This document shows positions 59,201 to 64,000 of a stretch of DNA of 64,000 bases, piece after piece. The notes beneath the pieces are model-generated. The model was not told where the DNA came from, did not search any database, and saw nothing but the letters and a program-made list of their open reading frames with translations. The stretch is from Trichormus sp. ATA11-4-KO1. GTDB taxonomy: Bacteria > Cyanobacteriota > Cyanobacteriia > Cyanobacteriales > Nostocaceae. Each line of letters starts with the position of its first letter. Position 1 is the first letter of the stretch. The stretch lies in assembly GCA_019358915.1 (NCBI GenBank), contig JAHHIM010000009.1, forward strand, positions 81,223 to 145,222. Reading direction: 5' to 3'. The translations under genes were made by a program, and so were the position numbers.

Positions 59201-59475
59201 GAGAGCGTTGGCAAAGTTACTGCCGATGTACTTGCACCTTTACGAGTTTGCCCACTGGCAGCTAAAGCCGCTTGGGGTTGCTGCATTGATTGAGTAATTT
59301 TTAGGTTCTGAGAACGCAACCACTCATTCAACTCAACTGGTGTCATCGCCAGTGGATGTGGCGGTAGATATGCACCAAGTTCAAAGTTAACTGCTGATGA
59401 TCGCCAAGTTTCGCCCCAAATGAATAAACAATTGTTTTGATTTTTTAGTAACCAACTACCGTGTAAAATTGCCAT
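56239..59475 (-). CDS. SNF2-family DEAD/DEAH helicase
   Basis: LRPYQ.RG, LADDMGLGKT, LDEAQNVKN, LTGTPVEN, QATDRVFRIGQ. Confidence 0.96.
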   Translation of the reverse strand: MAILHGSWLLKNQNNCLFIWGETWRSSAVNFELGAYLPPHPLAMTPVELNEWLRSQNLKITQSMQQPQAALAASGQTRKGASTSAVTLPTLSQIIALPTYVGENNQQEITSISPWHSATLGSKINSWQYLQPWRVEGFCLNSTAAMKFLTSLPLNAANGEDALLGGDLRFWSQVARWSLDLISRCKFLPNIERQSDGSMVAKWQVLLDSAVDGTRLEKFAAKMPLACRTYQGDGGENTSSSLLKIDFPTEPQELLLGFLNSTIDAQVREMIGSQPLIETRVMASLPSAVRQWLQALTSAANTVSADAMEVERLAAALTAWTMPLQYQLAGKASFRTCFQLRPPESGETDWILAYFLQATDDPEFLVDAATIWHHPVEQLVYQNRTIDQPQETLLRGLGLASRLYPVLAPSLETEYPQFCRLNPLQAYEFIKSVVWRFENSGLGVILPPSLANREGWANRLGLKISAETQKTKQERLGLQSLLNFQWQLAIGGQTISKTEFNKLVALNSPLVEINGEWVELRSQDIKTAQSFFASRKDQLALSLEDALRLSTGDTQAIEKLPVVSFEASGALQELIGALTNNQAISPLPTPANFQGQLRPYQERGAAWLAFLERWGLGACLADDMGLGKTIQFIAFLLHLKEQDALENPTLLVCPTSVLGNWEREIKKFAPTLKVLQHHGDKRLKGKAFVEAVKQHDVVITSYSLVHRDIKSLQGVSWQVIVLDEAQNVKNPEAKQSQAIRQLEATFRVALTGTPVENRLQELWSILDFLNPGYLGNRQFFQRRFAMPIEKYGDAASLNQLRSLVQPFILRRLKTDRNIIQDLPEKQEMTVFCGLSAEQAELYQQVVEASLTDIESASGLQRRGMILALLIKLKQICNHPSQYLKAATLQQHHSAKLQRLEEMLDEALAEGAAKSGRALIFTQFAEWGKLLKPHLENKLGREILFLYGSTSKKQREEMIDRFQHDPQGPPIMILSLKAGGVGLNLTRANHVFHFDRWWNPAVENQATDRVFRIGQTRNVQVYKFVCTGTLEEKIHDMIESKKQLAEQVVGAGEEWLTEMDTNQLRNLLLLDRSAVIEEE

Positions 59476-59616
59476 TTGCTAACTACTCAAGTTTTCGCCA
59501 AATTCAAATAAATGTTTGTTTTTTTTGGGGATTTTACCCAAAAAATAAATTATTCAATCAAAACTTTAAGATAATAATTAGTTTAAGTAAATCATACATA
59601 ATCAAGTTTATTCCTC

Positions 59617-60162
59617 ATGAAACTTCCCTTTAATCAAGTTTTAAAAAATGGGTTAGTAGTAGAACTAGATTATATGCAACCCGAAGAGCAAGAGGTGGTG
59701 AGGTCATTACTAAATGTGGTAATTCTTGAAGATAAAACCTATCCCCAAACAAAACCTCTGTCTGAGGCAGAATTTGCAACTTACTGGTTAAGTCAGGATG
59801 CCTTCGTCGTTAGGGCATGTACTCAAGACACTACACACAAGCCTCAAGAGGTGCTGGGGGCATTTTATTTAAAGCCAAACTTTCCAGGTCGGTGTAGCCA
59901 TATTTGCAACGCTGGTTTTATTGTACAACCAGTATTACGCGGTCAGGGTATAGGCAGGTTAATGGGCGAGGCTATGCTGGAGATCGCCGCGAACCTTGGC
60001 TACGAAGCAGTGATGTTTAATTTGATCTTTGAGACTAATATACCTTCAATTAGACTTTGGCAATCGTTAGGATTTGATGTGATTGGGAATATTCCTCGGG
60101 CGGTGAAGCTAGCAGATGAGCAAGTGGTAGAGGCGCTGGTACTATATCGCGCTTTGCGTTAA
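59617..60162 (+). CDS. GNAT acetyltransferase
   Basis: FYLKPNFPGRCSHICNAGF, RGQGIGR, N..SIRLWQSLGF. Confidence 0.9.
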   Translation: MKLPFNQVLKNGLVVELDYMQPEEQEVVRSLLNVVILEDKTYPQTKPLSEAEFATYWLSQDAFVVRACTQDTTHKPQEVLGAFYLKPNFPGRCSHICNAGFIVQPVLRGQGIGRLMGEAMLEIAANLGYEAVMFNLIFETNIPSIRLWQSLGFDVIGNIPRAVKLADEQVVEALVLYRALR

Positions 60163-60263
60163 ACGACTTGTTTATCTTTGTATGTACCAGAAGTCAGTCT
60201 TAGGGCATAAATGTTAGGATTGCCACAGAAAGAGAATAGCGAAAGAGAAGGAAAAAAAACTGA

Positions 60264-62420
60264 ATGGCAGAAGTTGATAAGTCAATATCCTTCGATGGCA
60301 GGGATATTCGACTGAAGGTAGGCTTACTAGCTCCCCAAGCTGGTGGGTCAGTTTTAATAGAATCAGGGGACACATCTGTTTTGGTAACGGCTACGCGATC
60401 GCAAGGCAGAGAAGGCATAGATTTTCTTCCCCTTACAGTAGATTATGAAGAAAGATTATATGCCGCAGGTAGGATTCCCGGCGGGATCATGCGGCGGGAA
60501 GGACGTCCACCAGAAAAAACAATTCTTACTAGTCGTCTGATAGACCGCCCGATGCGGCCTTTGTTCCCTTCATGGTTGCGGGATGATCTGCAAATTGTCG
60601 CCTTTACCCTGTCAATGGACGAGTTAGTCCCACCTGATGTCTTAGCAGTAACTGGTGCTTCCATTGCTACCTTAATAGCTCAAATTCCGTTTAATGGGCC
60701 AATGGCGGCAGTGAGGGTGGGCTTAGTGGGAGATGATTTCATTATTAACCCCACCTATGCAGAAACCGAAAACGGAGACTTAGATTTGGTAGTGGCAGGT
60801 TCACCCCACGGTGTGATCATGGTGGAGGCGGGAGCCAATCAGTTGCCAGAGCAAGATATTATCGAAGCGATTGACTTTGGCTACGAAGCAGTGCGAGATT
60901 TAATTCAAGCGCAGCTAGATTTAGTCGCAGAACTGGGTCTGCAAATAGTGCAAGAAGCACCACCAGAGGTAGACCAGACATTGAATAACTATATCCGCGA
61001 TCGCGCTAGTCACGAGATTAAAAAAATCCTGTCTCAATTTGAATTCAGCAAAACCGAACGGGATACCGCTTTGGATGCTGTCAAGGACGAAATTGCCAAT
61101 GCGATCGCCCAACTGCCAGAAGAAGACGAAGTACGAGTTGCTGCGACCACAAATAGTAAGGCACTCGGTAATACTTTTAAAGACATTACTAAACACTTCA
61201 TGCGCCGTCAAATCATCGAAGATAACGTTCGCGTTGATGGTCGCAAACTAGATGAAGTGCGTCCAGTTTCTTGTCAAGTTGGTGTCTTACCCAAGCGAGT
61301 CCATGGCAGTGGTTTATTTAACCGGGGACTAACTCAAGTATTATCCACCTGTACCCTAGGTACGCCCGGAGATGCCCAAAACCTCAACGATGACTTGCAA
61401 ATAGACCAATCTAAACGTTATTTGCATCATTACAACTTCCCACCTTTCTCTGTTGGGGAAACTAAACCTCTGCGTTTTCCCGGTAGGCGCGAAATCGGTC
61501 ACGGTGCTTTAGCAGAAAGAGCATTGCTACCAGTGCTACCACCAAAAGAACAATTCCCTTACGTGATTCGTGTCGTCTCGGAAGTGCTTTCCTCTAACGG
61601 TTCCACTTCTATGGGTTCGGTGTGCGGTTCCACTCTATCGTTGATGGATGCTGGTGTCCCCATTCTCAAACCTGTTAGCGGTGCAGCAATGGGTTTGATT
61701 AAAGAAGGTGACGAAGTACGAGTCCTGACTGACATTCAGGGGATTGAGGACTTCTTAGGCGATATGGACTTTAAAGTCGCTGGGACAGATAGCGGTATTA
61801 CCGCCCTGCAAATGGATATGAAAATCCCTGGTCTGTCTCTGGATATTATTGCCCAAGCCGTTCACCAAGCTAAATCAGCCCGGTTGCATATTCTGGAGAA
61901 AATGCTTCAGACTATCGAAGAACCACGCCCTGAAACCTCACCCTATGCCCCACGTCTATTGACCATCAAAATTGATTCAGACATGATTGGTCTGGTCATT
62001 GGGCCTGGAGGTAAAACAATTAAGGGCATCACGGAAGAAACAGGTGCGAAGATTGACATTGAAGACGATGGCACCGTCACAATTTCGGCTATAGATGAAA
62101 GCAAGGCGAAGAAAGCCCGTAACATCATTCAAGGCATGACTCGCAAGTTACACGAAGGTGATGTTTACGTAGGACGCGTGACTCGGATTATTCCAATTGG
62201 TGCATTTGTAGAATTTCTGCCTGGTAAAGAAGGCATGATTCACATCTCTCAACTAGCTGACTACCGCGTTGGCAAAGTTGAAGATGAAGTAGCAGTTGGG
62301 GATGAGGTGATTGTCAAAGTGCGAGAAATTGACAATAAAGGACGGATTAATCTCACACGTTTGGGTATCCACCCAGATCAGGCGACTGCGGCGCGGGAAG
62401 CTGCGGCAGTAAATCGATAA
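60264..62420 (+). CDS. pnp: Polyribonucleotide nucleotidyltransferase
   Basis: [39 protein letters not shown] and S1 domains. Confidence 0.99.
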   Translation: MAEVDKSISFDGRDIRLKVGLLAPQAGGSVLIESGDTSVLVTATRSQGREGIDFLPLTVDYEERLYAAGRIPGGIMRREGRPPEKTILTSRLIDRPMRPLFPSWLRDDLQIVAFTLSMDELVPPDVLAVTGASIATLIAQIPFNGPMAAVRVGLVGDDFIINPTYAETENGDLDLVVAGSPHGVIMVEAGANQLPEQDIIEAIDFGYEAVRDLIQAQLDLVAELGLQIVQEAPPEVDQTLNNYIRDRASHEIKKILSQFEFSKTERDTALDAVKDEIANAIAQLPEEDEVRVAATTNSKALGNTFKDITKHFMRRQIIEDNVRVDGRKLDEVRPVSCQVGVLPKRVHGSGLFNRGLTQVLSTCTLGTPGDAQNLNDDLQIDQSKRYLHHYNFPPFSVGETKPLRFPGRREIGHGALAERALLPVLPPKEQFPYVIRVVSEVLSSNGSTSMGSVCGSTLSLMDAGVPILKPVSGAAMGLIKEGDEVRVLTDIQGIEDFLGDMDFKVAGTDSGITALQMDMKIPGLSLDIIAQAVHQAKSARLHILEKMLQTIEEPRPETSPYAPRLLTIKIDSDMIGLVIGPGGKTIKGITEETGAKIDIEDDGTVTISAIDESKAKKARNIIQGMTRKLHEGDVYVGRVTRIIPIGAFVEFLPGKEGMIHISQLADYRVGKVEDEVAVGDEVIVKVREIDNKGRINLTRLGIHPDQATAAREAAAVNR

Positions 62421-62429
62421 ATCGATTGG

Positions 62430-62495
62430 GGATTTTAGATTTTTTATCTAAAATCCGCGATGCCTAAGTTAAAGGCATCGCCATACGCTTTTTTA
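62430..62495. terminator. Double hairpin terminator between convergent pnp and pyrB
   Basis: ggattttagat..atctaaaatcc and gcgatgcct..aggcatcgc. Confidence 0.7.
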
Positions 62496-62527
62496 ATTGA
62501 GAATTAGAAGCGAACTGCGTAGGTAGT

Positions 62528-63535
62528 TCATATTCCTGAAACCTTACCACTACCTAATAAATACAACAACGCCATGCGAATGGCGATACCACTGGTAACT
62601 TGGGACTGGATCAGGCTAAACTCTGGGTCATCCATTAAATCTGAGCTAATTTCTACACCACGATTGACTGGGCCTGGATGTAAAACTTTGACGTTAGACT
62701 TGCATAGTTGCAACTTTGTCCGTGTGATGCCAAACAACTGATGATATTCTCGCAAACTGGGGAGTAAATGAGCTGTCATGCGTTCCTTTTGCAGACGCAA
62801 AGTCATCACAAAATCAGCATCTTGCAAAGCAGATTCTAACTGCCAATGTAAAAATAGTTGACGAGTTTCGGCTTTTTCTTCACAGACATACTCGGCAAAT
62901 AACTTGGGTAAGAGCGTCGGTGGTGCAGCCAGATGCACTTGGGCCCCACTGGCCGTTAAACTCCAGATATTAGAGCGGGCGACGCGAGAATGTAAAATAT
63001 CTCCAACGATCGCAATTTTTTTACCTTTTAAAAGTTCTAAATGGGGATGATTGGGGTCAATTAAAGTACAGATAGTAAATAAATCTAGCAGTGCTTGGGA
63101 AGGATGCTCATGTTGACCATCACCAGCATTGAGGATGCTAACTCGGACACCTAGACGATCCATTTCCTGGGCGATCGCCTGGGGTACTCCTGCTTCTCGA
63201 TGGCGAATCACCATAATATCAGTTCCCATTGCCAAATAAGTTTTGGCTGTATCTAGAATTGTCTCTCCCTTCGTCATGGAAGAAGTGGCTGCGGCAAAGT
63301 TCAGCGTATCTGCACTTAAGCGTTTAGCCGCCAGTTCAAAACTACTGCGAGTGCGTGTAGATGGTTCAAAAAATAAATTTGCCACCACCTGTCCTTGCAA
63401 ACTTGGTACTTTCTTCGTCCGCCGTGATAGCACTTCCTGAAAACTGGCAGCAGTTTGTAAAACAGTATCGTATTCGGCGGTGGTGAAGTCAGCTAGGGAA
63501 AGAACGTGATGACGATTCCAGGTAGTAGTAGGCAT
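62528..63535 (-). CDS. pyrB: Aspartate carbamoyltransferase catalytic subunit
   Basis: [38 protein letters not shown]. Confidence 0.98.
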   Translation of the reverse strand: MPTTTWNRHHVLSLADFTTAEYDTVLQTAASFQEVLSRRTKKVPSLQGQVVANLFFEPSTRTRSSFELAAKRLSADTLNFAAATSSMTKGETILDTAKTYLAMGTDIMVIRHREAGVPQAIAQEMDRLGVRVSILNAGDGQHEHPSQALLDLFTICTLIDPNHPHLELLKGKKIAIVGDILHSRVARSNIWSLTASGAQVHLAAPPTLLPKLFAEYVCEEKAETRQLFLHWQLESALQDADFVMTLRLQKERMTAHLLPSLREYHQLFGITRTKLQLCKSNVKVLHPGPVNRGVEISSDLMDDPEFSLIQSQVTSGIAIRMALLYLLGSGKVSGI

Positions 63536-63565
63536 AAATAGCTATAACAGGGGACAGAGGACAGG

Positions 63566-63603
63566 CTTCGGCGTGAGCGCTCAGTCGAACGCTCACGCCG
63601 AAG
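63566..63603. repeat. 14-bp-arm palindromic REP/SDR-like element
   Basis: cttcggcgtgagcg-ctcagtcgaa-cgctcacgccgaag; related cores at about 31940 and 47782. Confidence 0.7.
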
Positions 63604-64000
63604 TCCGAACGGGGACAGGTGGGAAAATCTCTTGGTGTCCAGGTTTGATGATTAGCTTATGTCCTAAGCTATGTGGCAACTGCTATAAAAACACAAAACC
63701 TTGCGCCCCTACAACTTTTCAATTTAAATATGCAGGGGAAATGATAGCATCTGTCTTCTATTAAATTGACAACCTACTGGGTGTACTTGGTATTGACCAT
63801 CGAGGGATGCAGGTGAGCGATCGCTTGATTAAGGGATGATTTCCTCAAGTTTCCACAAGCAGGAAGTGCTGTTGCTGACTTTTCCCGTTAAGTCTCAAAA
63901 AGCTTGCTCAGAAGGGATTGTAGAAAAAGCACAGCATACACGGTACACTAATTGAAATTCTGTGCTAAAGGTGACAAGCAATGTTGGATTGGTGGGAGAA

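Noticed and set aside
55305..59475. SWIM+SNF2 pair as novel, or as intein-containing
   Set aside because: A well-known conserved bacterial gene pair; the helicase motifs are contiguous with no intein.
63770..64000. Possible gene end or RNA at the window edge
   Set aside because: No recognisable frame or structure in the available sequence.
1..64000. High frequency of GCGATCGC
   Set aside because: This is the known cyanobacterial HIP1 octamer; useful only as a taxonomic clue.

Overview
A 64 kb window from a heterocyst-forming (Nostocales-like) cyanobacterium. This is inferred from dense HIP1 (GCGATCGC) sites, 7-mer short tandem repeats (STRRs), a short kaiA, and hgdD/tolC, ccbP and psb30. 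The core backbone comprises a cyanobacteriochrome (CBCR) histidine kinase with an Rcp-like regulator and a hybrid kinase, kaiABC-tolC, hemH, sbcD, recJ, psb30, hisD, SWIM/SNF2, pnp and pyrB. Two accessory regions stand out. (1) At about 21.0-26.6 kb a restriction-modification locus has been broken by chimeric IS5 remnants. It is followed by an array in which the last ~30 codons of the hsdS-like gene recur four more times as diverged direct repeats. Each repeat keeps an open frame and directly precedes a different toxin-antitoxin or Uma2 cassette, two of them through ATGA stop/start overlaps. This looks like an integrase-free gene-cassette accretion array. (2) At about 30.5-43.8 kb a lipoxygenase is clustered with three RoxA-like dihaem c-type cytochromes, an Old-Yellow-Enzyme reductase, an ABM protein, a saccharopine-dehydrogenase-like reductase, a lipase-like hydrolase and an SDR, a candidate oxylipin pathway. 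Also noted are a candidate three-hairpin sRNA and a 34-aa small membrane protein absent from the ORF track. All family assignments come from motif recognition by eye; no searches were run.
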